Positions 1-9,197 of a stretch of 64,000 nt of DNA are shown piece by piece. Position 1 is the first letter of the stretch. Each line of letters begins with the position of its first letter. The translations under genes were made by a program, and so were the position numbers. Below the pieces are notes generated by a model, which made no database searches, had not been told where the DNA came from, and saw only the letters and a program-made list of their open reading frames with translations. The stretch is from Chloroflexota bacterium (GTDB lineage Bacteria > Chloroflexota > UBA11872 > VXOZ01): contig OZ244922.1 of assembly GCA_965221905.1 (NCBI GenBank), forward strand, positions 704,001-768,000. The letters are read 5' to 3'.

Positions 1-238
1 AGGCAGATGCCATTTCATGCCGGCTGGAACGATGCAAGCACAACGTACTGGTTCTGCACCGGATCCTGTTGCATGCCGGCTCATCATAGAACGAGGCAAA
101 GCCATTGTTAGAGGTCTGCCTTCTCGTAAGCGGAGGAATGCGTGGAGATTCTCCAACCTCTTTTCACAAGAGCGCGGTCATTGCTCCTCTCGTATAATAT
201 GCGTTGAGAACCCATACTGTCGAGAGGAGAGATTGTTA

Positions 239-1180
239 ATGCTCTATCGGACGTTGGGACGTACGGGTCTGCGGGTATCGTTGCTTGGCATTGGCACCGG
301 CGGGCCGAGCAACTTTGGACAGAGTACAGGCGTGCCGGAGGCAGATATTCATCGTCTCGTAAAGCGGGCGCTCGACGTTGGGGTGAATATCTTCGATACC
401 GCCGCTGGGTACCGCGATAGTGAAGCCATCCTGGGACGGGCACTTAAGGGTGTGTCCCGCGACCGCTACTACTTGGCTACGAAATTCACCCCCGAGCACG
501 AAGAGGAAGTCGTTAAGCCGGAGGACATGGTGGCTTCGGTAGAGCGCAGCCTCACCCGCTTGCGCACGGATGCTGTCGAGGTATTGCAATTCCATGGCGT
601 GCGTCCGCAGCGGTATCGAGCCGTGATGGAGCGGCTACTGCCCACGGTGTTGAAGTTGCGGGACCAAGGCAAGTGCCGTTGGATCGGCATCACTGAGCAA
701 TACGGTGAAGACGGGGGGCACGAAACGCTGCAGATGGCGCTGGAGGACGACTACTTCGCTACCGCAATGGTGGGCTACAACATGCTCAATCAAAGCGCCG
801 ACCGCTTGGTGTACCCCCAATGTCTGGAGCACAACGTTGGGGTCTTCATCATGTTCGCTGTGCGGCGCGTGCTCGCCTCGCCCGCGCGTCTCGAGCAGAC
901 AATCGCCGATCTAAAGCAGCGGGGTCTCGTGGCGCCGGATGCAGTACCGGATCGGCAGTCTCTTGATTGGCTGATTCATGGCAATGTGGATTCCATAGCG
1001 AGCGCTGCGTACAAATTCACCGCTATGCATCCTGCTGTTAGTACTGTGTTGAGCGGTACCGCCAATCCGGAGCACTTCGAGAGCAACCTGCGCGCGCTTG
1101 AAGATCCCGTGATGCCGGAAGCCGACTACGCGCGCCTGCAGGAGCTCTTCGGGCACATCACCGATCCTATTGGGAATTAG
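239..1180 (+). CDS. Aldo/keto reductase
   Basis: MLYRTLGRTGLRVSLLGIG N-terminus, NIFDTAAGY and LATK motifs. ATG at 239 follows a GAGGAG RBS, so the track's upstream extension to 17 is probably non-coding. Confidence 0.9.
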   Translation: MLYRTLGRTGLRVSLLGIGTGGPSNFGQSTGVPEADIHRLVKRALDVGVNIFDTAAGYRDSEAILGRALKGVSRDRYYLATKFTPEHEEEVVKPEDMVASVERSLTRLRTDAVEVLQFHGVRPQRYRAVMERLLPTVLKLRDQGKCRWIGITEQYGEDGGHETLQMALEDDYFATAMVGYNMLNQSADRLVYPQCLEHNVGVFIMFAVRRVLASPARLEQTIADLKQRGLVAPDAVPDRQSLDWLIHGNVDSIASAAYKFTAMHPAVSTVLSGTANPEHFESNLRALEDPVMPEADYARLQELFGHITDPIGN

Positions 1181-1214
1181 CCTCGAGCCGGCGAAGATAG
1201 TTGGCTGTGGCGGA

Positions 1215-2186
1215 TTACTCCCAGCGACCGAAGTGCGGGAGCTGCCTCGTCAGGGCGAGCAGCGGACGAACCAATCTTGGTAGATGGGGCACGACCGGAG
1301 CATCCGTGCGGCCCGTGTCTTCTGCCCGATGCAGGTCTTTATAGAGCATGTAGGCGGCGGGCATGAGGAGCGGTCGAATGAGCTGAATGGCGGCCCACGT
1401 GAGGTCGGGCAAGGCGATCAGAAATAGTGCCTGTTGCGCAGACGGAAGCGCGAGGAGCAACCCGCCTGCCACGAGTCCCAGCGGGAGCGCGATCGGTGCG
1501 CTTGCAAGCACGAGCGTGCCCAGACAGACCCAGAAGGAGCGGCCGCTCAGACGCCACGACTCGATGGTGGCAACTGTTCCCGGCAGATCGCCGTGCACGG
1601 CAAGGAAGGGCGCCAGCAAAGTGCGTGTGTGAATGGCAAGCGCAACACCGCCCGTGGCAACCCACCAGATACCGTCTGCAAACGGCTGGATACTTTCGCC
1701 AAGCGGGACCACGTCTTGCTGTCTGGCATGGAGCCAGACCAGGACGCTGAACGGTATCCAGAAGATGAGGCTTGTATGGGCATTGGTCCAAAGGTAGCGA
1801 AACACCCATTGCAACGCCAGTCGGCTTGCTTGCACGACACCGATCTCGCGTCCCTGCGCGTGGTATGCCACCATCACCATGACAGTGAGCGCCCCAAGCA
1901 CGACCGTAATGGAGCGCAGGACATAACGCAACGCATGCTCCCACAAATTCGGCTCAGGGATAAGCAGGGCCAACAGTGCGACGAGCAGCGACGGCAAGAC
2001 GTAGATTGCTGTGAGCAGCCCGTACGTGTTTCGGTGGCGATTCACGAGAGACAGACCGCGTGAGACGTAGCGCCATGCAGGGCTCGAATAAGCGAGAAAT
2101 GTACTCAACGCACCGTAATCCTCACGTGTCTTAGAAGCTCGATTCCCCTGAGAAAAGGGTAGCATAGGTCTGGTGGGTGCGGGCAC
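1215..2186 (-). CDS. Hypothetical multi-pass membrane protein
   Basis: 323-aa ORF with about 6 hydrophobic segments and an 'IESWRLSGRSFW' loop. Start codon uncertain. Confidence 0.7.
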   Translation of the reverse strand: MPAPTRPMLPFSQGNRASKTREDYGALSTFLAYSSPAWRYVSRGLSLVNRHRNTYGLLTAIYVLPSLLVALLALLIPEPNLWEHALRYVLRSITVVLGALTVMVMVAYHAQGREIGVVQASRLALQWVFRYLWTNAHTSLIFWIPFSVLVWLHARQQDVVPLGESIQPFADGIWWVATGGVALAIHTRTLLAPFLAVHGDLPGTVATIESWRLSGRSFWVCLGTLVLASAPIALPLGLVAGGLLLALPSAQQALFLIALPDLTWAAIQLIRPLLMPAAYMLYKDLHRAEDTGRTDAPVVPHLPRLVRPLLALTRQLPHFGRWE

Positions 2187-2294
2187 GTGTACCTAGGGTC
2201 GTGGCGTGTATTGCGCGAGTTGCATTAGACGCCTAGGCAGGCCCTTGTAACCGTGATGAAGATCCCCTGCTTGCGAAGAGCAGAGGTGTAGACC

Positions 2295-3155
2295 TTAGGT
2301 CGGTTCATCAATCTTGTTTATGCGATCTATGATCTCCGAAAGGCGTGACCAACTCTGAAGCGTCACGGGCAGGACTAAGGCGGATTCAACGAACTCCCAA
2401 GAGTAGCTGATGATGGAAAAGATCCTGCCGACGGTGATCTCCAAGTTCGTCGTCGCGAACCAAAGATTGAAGACGATCAGGCCAAGCATCAGTGTGTAGA
2501 TCGCGCCGTAGACAAAGGCTTCCGTGTCCGACAGTCTGATCCCAATTCGGCGTAGCATATTCAGATGGGACAGAATGCCTGCTGGATGTGCTGACTCTAG
2601 AATGCGGACTTGCTGTTCCGTCTGCTGGTTATACTCGGCGTTCAGTCGATAGAAGCGTCGGTGGGAAACGGCATAGAATACGATCATCAGGACGGTTGCC
2701 GCGCACGTGGCTGCAAACAAGACGGGATGAAAGGCAAAAAGCACGATCAGCGCAATGATCATCTGGACCGCGGAGGCCATCACTGCGGGAGCTTCCTGCT
2801 CTAGGAAGTCGACCAATTCTCGGCTCATCCCCAATCTGGCATTCAGTGTCGAAACCGACACGCCGGCCGAGCGGTCGGTCAGGGCCTTGCCAAGCTCGAC
2901 CCCGACAGTGCCGTAGACACGCGTATCATAGAGGCGGCGGATGACGCTCACGGCGATTAGCACTGCCAAGACTGCGGCGAGTTGCAGGAGTGCGGTCGTG
3001 TCGCCGGCCAGAAGTCCGTCTATGGCAAATCCGATCAGCAGCGGGATAAGCGCTGTCAGCGCTGTCTCGCAGAGCATGAGAAACCAGGTTAAGCTGATCG
3101 GGCGTAGAAACGTCCTGAACAGCACGGCGATCGTGAGCGGTTGGTCTTTCAGCAA
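2295..3155 (-). CDS. ABC transporter six-transmembrane-domain-only protein
   Basis: PLLIGFAIDGLL, RRLYDTRVY and FSIISYSWEFVES motifs typical of the stand-alone ABC six-TM family. No ATPase domain. Confidence 0.75.
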   Translation of the reverse strand: MLKDQPLTIAVLFRTFLRPISLTWFLMLCETALTALIPLLIGFAIDGLLAGDTTALLQLAAVLAVLIAVSVIRRLYDTRVYGTVGVELGKALTDRSAGVSVSTLNARLGMSRELVDFLEQEAPAVMASAVQMIIALIVLFAFHPVLFAATCAATVLMIVFYAVSHRRFYRLNAEYNQQTEQQVRILESAHPAGILSHLNMLRRIGIRLSDTEAFVYGAIYTLMLGLIVFNLWFATTNLEITVGRIFSIISYSWEFVESALVLPVTLQSWSRLSEIIDRINKIDEPT

Positions 3156-3433
3156 GAGTCTGATTCCGAGTTTGGCGTTGCTGAAGGGTGAATACTCAAG
3201 CTCTCACTTTGACGAGGCTAAATACCGCGCTTGAGCTCGCGATTATCGCTGGGTTCCTTCATGCTAGCAGCATTGTAAGTGCAGTGCCTGTGGGCGTCAG
3301 GCCTTGCGGGCAATGGCGTATGGAAAGGGTATGGTATCGTGAAGCCGTTGCAGGTCGATTATCAAGTTGGTAAGGAAGGGGAGAGAACTCGCGCCGATGT
3401 GCCGCCCCTGCGAGAGGATGGGTTACGCGATCG

Positions 3434-4720
3434 ATGACGAAGACCGGCCTTCCCAATAAAGAGGTAAAAGCGCCAACGGTACCGGAGAGTCGGCCGCGTA
3501 TGCGCCCCTGTGTGGTAGTGCACTATCACGAAGTGGGTTTGAAGGGCCGCAATCGGCCTTTCTTCTTGAGTACGCTCGAACAGAACCTCCACCGTGCAAC
3601 CGCTGGGTTGGGCGTGAAGCAAGTAGAGCGCGCCAGCGGACGCATCTTGCTCTGGCTGGAGCCGGATGCGCCCTGGGAACTCTTGAGCGAGCGCATCGCG
3701 CGCGTCTTTGGTGTGGTGAATTTCGCGCGTGGGTACGCAGTGAGACCGGCGCTCGATACCCTGATACAGGGAGTACTGTCACGGTTGCCGGAGGCGGGCA
3801 ATTTCGCCACCTTTGCCGTGCGCGCGCGGCGGGCATTCAAGGACTTGCCGCTTTCTTCACGCGAGATCGCCGTAGCCTTGGGCGCGGCCGTTCAAAAAAC
3901 GAGCGGCGCCGGCGTAAATCTCAACGCGCCGGACATGACGATCTATGTAGAGGTGCTGCCGCAATTTGCGCTGTTCTTCTTTGATAAGGTACGCGGCCCC
4001 GGCGGTCTGCCGGTGGGTAGCAGCGCGCCGGTCACCGTACTGCTCTCCGGCGGCATTGATTCGCCGGTGGCCGCTTGTCGCATTATGAAACGCGGTTCCC
4101 GCGCCGTACTTGTGCACTTTCATTCGTTCCCGTACCTCAATAGTGCCTCGCAGGAGAAGGCGCGCGAGTTGGCGCAAATCATTAGCGGTTACCAGGGAGA
4201 TACTCCGCTCTACCTGGTTCCGTTGGGCGAGATTCAGCGCCAGATCGTGGTCGCATGCCCCGCGCCCTACCGTGTCGTGCTCTACCGCCGCTTCATGGTG
4301 CGCATTGCCGAGGAATTGGGAAAGAGGCACGGCGCGCAAGCGCTCGTAACCGGTGATAGCCTGGGTCAGGTGGCGTCGCAAACTATCGAGAATCTCATTG
4401 CTGTCGAAGATGCCGCCACCCAGATCATGCTGCGCCCGCTCGTTGGCATGGATAAGCAAGAGATTGCTGACGAAGCCGAGCGCATCGGCACGTATGCCAT
4501 CTCCATCCAGCCCGATCAAGACTGCTGCGCGCTCTTCGTGCCCTCCAATCCCTCTATCCACACCGATTTGAACGGCATCCGCAAAGCCGAATCGGTACTG
4601 GACGTGGATACCCTCGTGCAACAGGGCATAGCGGAGGCGGAGATGGTGGAGTACCAATTGGCCGATAGCGTGGGGCTGAGAACGGTGCCGTCTTCACAAA
4701 AGCGGGTCATGGCTCCATGA
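3434..4720 (+). CDS. thiI: tRNA 4-thiouridine synthase ThiI (no rhodanese domain)
   Basis: YHEVGLKGRNR, THUMP domain, GPGGLPVGS, LLSGGIDSPVA PP-loop, TGDSLGQVASQT, DCC. Start may be ATG 3500. Confidence 0.95.
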   Translation: MTKTGLPNKEVKAPTVPESRPRMRPCVVVHYHEVGLKGRNRPFFLSTLEQNLHRATAGLGVKQVERASGRILLWLEPDAPWELLSERIARVFGVVNFARGYAVRPALDTLIQGVLSRLPEAGNFATFAVRARRAFKDLPLSSREIAVALGAAVQKTSGAGVNLNAPDMTIYVEVLPQFALFFFDKVRGPGGLPVGSSAPVTVLLSGGIDSPVAACRIMKRGSRAVLVHFHSFPYLNSASQEKARELAQIISGYQGDTPLYLVPLGEIQRQIVVACPAPYRVVLYRRFMVRIAEELGKRHGAQALVTGDSLGQVASQTIENLIAVEDAATQIMLRPLVGMDKQEIADEAERIGTYAISIQPDQDCCALFVPSNPSIHTDLNGIRKAESVLDVDTLVQQGIAEAEMVEYQLADSVGLRTVPSSQKRVMAP

Positions 4721-5822
4721 CATTCACGATACGCGGGTTTTGTAAGTGCCACCGCTGACCAACTCGTTCGAGGTCACCTTCTGCGACAACCAGTGCCCTA
4801 TCCTGATGAGCCCGGATAGCAAGGTCATAGACACTCTGATTCAGAATTGTGGTGACCGACTCAGGTTTCTCGTCAATGGAGACCCTCAGAGTTATGGCCC
4901 CAGCTATTTCACTCTCTTCACGCTTCAACCTATGTACAAATCCAAATAGGCGCTCATCCATAATCGGCGCGCGGTTTCGAAATGACCGGGCAGCTTCACT
5001 CAATATCGGAGCATCATCTTGAGCGAAGCGGAAGACTTCCAGCGGCGTCTTCTGAGGAAGCGTATAAGACCAAACCAGACTGACATCCAAAGACGGAAAC
5101 GGCTCGACTAGCTGAGCTAACGCCTCACACAGATTGGCACTTGCACCATGGTTTACAGCTTCAGTAAACGCGTCAGTGTCTCCTCCAACTGCTCTTTCGG
5201 TTGCATTCCGCGTAGCTAACAGGGCTTCGGCCAAGCGCCTTGTCACGCGCCGCTCAATTGGAACGTCATCGTAACTTGAGTCAGGTAATAGAGGTGGCTG
5301 CGTAGGTGGCGGAACTACCGGACTCAAGAGTGTAACAACAAAGCTACCTTGTTCAGTTTGTCCCAGGCGGACTCGGTCTAAGTAGTCACTGGCATCTCTG
5401 TTCGCGCCAGCACGATAGAGTGGTCGTGGATGATGTAGCGAACACGCCGCAGCCAGGAGCATGTCACGCGCGCCTCCCACAAGGTTTATCCCGTCACTCA
5501 TTGTCACGCTGCCATCATAGTCTCCAATTGCTCGCACCCGAATTACGTCGCGGTCAGCAGTAACCAGTGCTCGGTAAAGAGAAACCTCGTCTGTGTCTGC
5601 GACTCTGGCGAAAATCTCGATGAGCTTAGATGTCACACTGGCGTAGTCACCGAGGTTTTGTGTGCGTGGTAGAACAATCTCTGGCAGTCCATCAGCGGCG
5701 TACACATCGGAATGGTCGCCAAAGGTATCGGCCTTGACCCAGCCTGCACTGCGGGCATATGCCGACAACGCCACCGGTGAAACCGCAAACAGAGCATCCC
5801 TATCAAGCATGCTGGCCCTCAT
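4707..5822 (-). CDS. Uncharacterised 371-aa protein, partner of the DUF4365 gene
   Basis: Long ORF with an ATGA overlap with the upstream DUF4365 gene; motifs LSAYARSAGW and GQTEQGSFVVTL; AT-richer codons than the flanks. Confidence 0.8.
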   Translation of the reverse strand: MRASMLDRDALFAVSPVALSAYARSAGWVKADTFGDHSDVYAADGLPEIVLPRTQNLGDYASVTSKLIEIFARVADTDEVSLYRALVTADRDVIRVRAIGDYDGSVTMSDGINLVGGARDMLLAAACSLHHPRPLYRAGANRDASDYLDRVRLGQTEQGSFVVTLLSPVVPPPTQPPLLPDSSYDDVPIERRVTRRLAEALLATRNATERAVGGDTDAFTEAVNHGASANLCEALAQLVEPFPSLDVSLVWSYTLPQKTPLEVFRFAQDDAPILSEAARSFRNRAPIMDERLFGFVHRLKREESEIAGAITLRVSIDEKPESVTTILNQSVYDLAIRAHQDRALVVAEGDLERVGQRWHLQNPRIVNVMEP

Positions 5823-6319
5823 TGAATTCCCCCTGTCCTAGACTGCTCCATCAAGTTTTGCAGACTCTCGATGGTGAACAGGTTGTCTCCTGGAATTGAA
5901 ATAGTGACGGACGTTCGGTTGGTCGCTTCCGGCTGTCCCTTGAGATTCACCCAGAAGGCTCGGCGCCTCAGAATCAATCCATTCTCAGTGATGGACACCC
6001 ATTCGCTCTTTTCGCGCGGCAAGTCAAGTACTACGAGCAGACGGGGAGTTTGGGTTTCATCGCATAGCAAATCATAATTTCGGAGCTTCAGTGGGAAACG
6101 ATAGAGCCCATTCTGCTGGTCGCCAAGATTGATGGTTGCTTTCAACTGTATGTCGATCGCTGGGCGCATTGTCCCGCCTGCCCTGATTTGCAGATCGACG
6201 CCGTCTCTATCAAAGTTAGGCTCAGTGGTGGTATAGCCGGCTCTTGCCGCCACCGCCTCCGTATAAACACGCGATAGTGCTTCTTCCTGGTCGGAATCAG
6301 ATAGCAATGAGTCAGTCAT
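5819..6319 (-). CDS. DUF4365 family PD-(D/E)XK nuclease-like protein
   Basis: QEEALSRVY..AVAARAG, DRDGVD, IDIQLKAT, NYDLL and PRLLVVL motifs. Confidence 0.85.
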   Translation of the reverse strand: MTDSLLSDSDQEEALSRVYTEAVAARAGYTTTEPNFDRDGVDLQIRAGGTMRPAIDIQLKATINLGDQQNGLYRFPLKLRNYDLLCDETQTPRLLVVLDLPREKSEWVSITENGLILRRRAFWVNLKGQPEATNRTSVTISIPGDNLFTIESLQNLMEQSRTGGIQ

Positions 6320-6444
6320 GCAGCCTTGGATGTACAGTCAATTGCTTTCGCCCACTCTTGTTATCACCACGCCTAGCTATAGCATATCATCTAGATTGAG
6401 AGGATTGTACGACCATCTATTCGGCGACGGAATCTAGTCTGACA

Positions 6445-7140
6445 CTAGCCCCGGTTCTTTGAATCAATACATTCGATCAGCGGCAGCAGGTGTTCGTAGA
6501 GTTCTGCCGTGGCGCGGGCGTCGGCCAGGCAGTACCGGGCAATTGAGTCCCAGTCGCCTTCGGCATAGGCCTTGGGCACCGCACTGCCTGTAAGACCCGC
6601 CTTGGAGTCTTCTATGCCGAACTGGTGGCACCAGAATTGCAGGGTGTACGGCGCGGTAGCGCGGTGAAAGGTCAGCGCTTCCATCAAGTCACAGTGGTGC
6701 TGGAAACTGTAGCGGTAAGGCATGAGATTGCGGGACGGACGGACGCCCAGCACGGCGGAGCGCAGCATGAGGATCGGGCAATCAAAAGTGCGGCCGTTAT
6801 AGGTCACAATGGTATCGGAGCGCTGTACGAGCTCCCAGAACTCAGTGAGGATCTCCGCTTCACCCCCGTGAAAAACGCGCGCGCCATCGTAAAGGGCCTC
6901 CCACTCGCGCGTTCCGGTGCTGTTGTTCACCAACACCCCGCCGCGCTGCTCGCCGGGCATCCACATGCCGATGGCAACGACCTGTGCGGTACCGGGATAG
7001 AGCGCCAATTGTTCCGGAAATGCCGCCCGCTCTTCGTCGTCCCGCGCCCGCTCCAGCAGGTAGTCTTGAATCGCGGGCATGAGCCCTTCCCACGGTAAGC
7101 CCACCGTTTCGACGTCTATGGCTAGCGGCTGAGATGCCAT
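6445..7140 (-). CDS. Stand-alone 3'-5' exonuclease, DEDDy / PolB-proofreading-like
   Basis: Exo I AIDVET, Exo II TYNGRTFD, Exo III YCLAD. ATG at 7140 has an AAGGAG RBS. Confidence 0.85.
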   Translation of the reverse strand: MASQPLAIDVETVGLPWEGLMPAIQDYLLERARDDEERAAFPEQLALYPGTAQVVAIGMWMPGEQRGGVLVNNSTGTREWEALYDGARVFHGGEAEILTEFWELVQRSDTIVTYNGRTFDCPILMLRSAVLGVRPSRNLMPYRYSFQHHCDLMEALTFHRATAPYTLQFWCHQFGIEDSKAGLTGSAVPKAYAEGDWDSIARYCLADARATAELYEHLLPLIECIDSKNRG

Positions 7141-7310
7141 GTGGGTCAATTCTCCTTGGGGTGAGGATCTTTGGCGCGCAAACACCTCAGGTGTTCGAGA
7201 CGCATGTCGGTGCTTGGCATAGTATCGCAATTGGAATAGTTGAGGCTATATTTGCTGCTTGCGACGTTGAAAAACCTCACTTTACCCTTTTTTTGAAAGC
7301 GCTAATCCTA

Positions 7311-7409
7311 CTGTCATTTCGAGCGGAGCGAGAAATCTAAGGCGCTTGCCTAAAGAAGATCTGCATGGTGAGGGGCATTCTAGACCCCTCACCTCGTTCG
7401 GGGTGACAG
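7311..7409. repeat. Paired inverted TGTCA-tagged REP-like elements (REPIN-like)
   Basis: TGTCATTTCGAGCGGAGCGAGAAATCT ... AGACCCCTCACCTCGTTCGGGGTGACA. Related copies at about 10642-10685, 37389-37503 and 62624-62735. Confidence 0.75.
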
Positions 7410-7525
7410 CTGAACAGTCTTGCTCGGAGACTGGCCCAACCGACGCGCTGCATAGGGAGTCTTTCCAAGGAATCCGCCAACGTTCGTTGTGGGTAAGTTG
7501 ACACGAGAGAGCCGCCTAGACTGTC

Positions 7526-8824
7526 TCAGGATGAAGCAGCATCGGTCTGGCTATCGCGTTCCCAGGCGCGGAGTTCGTCCTGGTTGCGTTCTAGCTTGTG
7601 GAGAACGTCGAGGAAGCGGTCCATGTCGCTCTGCGGGCCGAGGAACGTAGCATGTGGGAGGCAGAGGGCTTCATCTGCGTAGATGCGCTCAGATTCCGGG
7701 CAGTAGACCTTGCGATAGTCGATCTCCTTACCGTAGAAGGAACAGGTGAAGGGATGCCCTGTGCGTCCGAAATTCATTTCTTGGAAGATCGGGTTGCGGT
7801 AGACCGGGTGCGTGTGGCCCGTGTGGACACGCAGCCCCTCAGCGTTCAAGGCTTTCATAACCGTGTCGCGCCCGATATCTGCGAACTGCGCGCTGTGGTA
7901 CTTGAAGTGCCAGAAGTAGAATCCCCAGCGGGTCACACGGGGATCGCGGAATACCGGGCTGAAACCCTCAAACTGTTCGAGCTGTTGCGACACGTAGGTG
8001 ACGTTCCGCTCGCGGGTGGCGGTTTGCGCTGCCAGGCGAGCGAGTTGCGCGTTGCCGATGGCGCCTTGCCATTCGGTCATGCGTAAATTCGTGCTGGGAA
8101 TGTGGTGCTCGTAGAATGGGCGGCCCGGGTAGCGCCCGATGTTGTGGAAAGAGGATGCGTGCTGCGCAACCTCTTCCCGGTTTGTGAGAACCATGCCGCC
8201 TTCGCCGGTAGTGAGGGTCTTGCCCATCTGGAAGCTGAACCCGCCGCAATCGCCAATAGCGCCGGTGCCGACGCCCTTCCACTGTGAGCCGTGAGAGTGC
8301 GCGCAGTCGGAGACGATGGCGATATCGTGTTTGGTCGCGATGGCGTGCAGCGCGTCCATGTCGCAGGGCATGCCGCCGTAGTCCACCGGCATGACGGCGC
8401 GGGTATTGGGCGTAATGGCGGCTTCCACTGCCGCTGGGTCGATGGTGTAGTTGCGGGGATCGCAGTCTACGAAGATGGGAATGGCGTTGGCCTGCAGCAC
8501 GGCGGAAGCACTAGCCACGAAGGTAACGGCGGGGACAATTACCTCATCCCCCGCCTCGACACCCACCGCCCGCAGCGCCGCCTCGAGCGCCACGGTGCCG
8601 TTAGCCACGGCAATGCCATACTTGGCGTCCTGGAAGGCGGCAAAATCACGCTCGAACCGACCCACTTGGGAATCGTCTTGGTCTGCGTATCCGCCCCGCC
8701 ACCAGATGCCGCTCTCCAGCACGCCTTGCAGCAGGGCTTGTTCCTCTTCGCCGAATACCGGCCAGGAAACGCCCAGCGGTTCTGCAATTGAACGCGGGCC
8801 GCCAGTCAGCGCAAGATTTCCCAT
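7526..8824 (-). CDS. DegT/DnrJ/EryC1/StrS PLP aminotransferase
   Basis: NGTVALE, GDEVIVPAVTFVASA, DCAHSHG, FSFQMGKTLTTGEGG (PLP lysine). Confidence 0.95.
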   Translation of the reverse strand: MGNLALTGGPRSIAEPLGVSWPVFGEEEQALLQGVLESGIWWRGGYADQDDSQVGRFERDFAAFQDAKYGIAVANGTVALEAALRAVGVEAGDEVIVPAVTFVASASAVLQANAIPIFVDCDPRNYTIDPAAVEAAITPNTRAVMPVDYGGMPCDMDALHAIATKHDIAIVSDCAHSHGSQWKGVGTGAIGDCGGFSFQMGKTLTTGEGGMVLTNREEVAQHASSFHNIGRYPGRPFYEHHIPSTNLRMTEWQGAIGNAQLARLAAQTATRERNVTYVSQQLEQFEGFSPVFRDPRVTRWGFYFWHFKYHSAQFADIGRDTVMKALNAEGLRVHTGHTHPVYRNPIFQEMNFGRTGHPFTCSFYGKEIDYRKVYCPESERIYADEALCLPHATFLGPQSDMDRFLDVLHKLERNQDELRAWERDSQTDAASS

Positions 8825-9099
8825 TCAAATTTACTCCTTGATCTCGTCATTACCGCGCAGGGAGGGAATCCATCTTCTCTGCGCCGACACTGGACTTCCG
8901 CTCCGGAATCGGATCTCGGAACATACTTCGCGGGAATCACCATGGCCCTGCGCAGGTCACACATAGGGAGTGACGGAGATAGTTTTCTTTTCCGCACCGG
9001 TAGTCTGCGCCGCGTGGTGAGGTGATCGTCCAAATTTATGGTGGTGAAGGACTGCTATGGTCTTCGCTTTCTCCTACGAGCGCCGCGACGCTCAGATTC

Positions 9100-9135
9100 A
9101 CCCTCACCCTAACCCTCTCCCGCCGGGAGAGGGGA
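9100..9135. repeat. CCCTCACCCTAACCCTCTCCC-type palindromic repeat
   Basis: CCCTCTCCC-N4-GGGAGAGGG hairpin. Relatives at about 19604-19640, 24425-24463, 46300-46342 and 47490-47528. Confidence 0.75.
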
Positions 9136-9197
9136 CTTTCTCACCTCGGCAAGGGTTATGCAAAGGTCTCCACGGGGAGAGGGTGAAATACGCAGCC

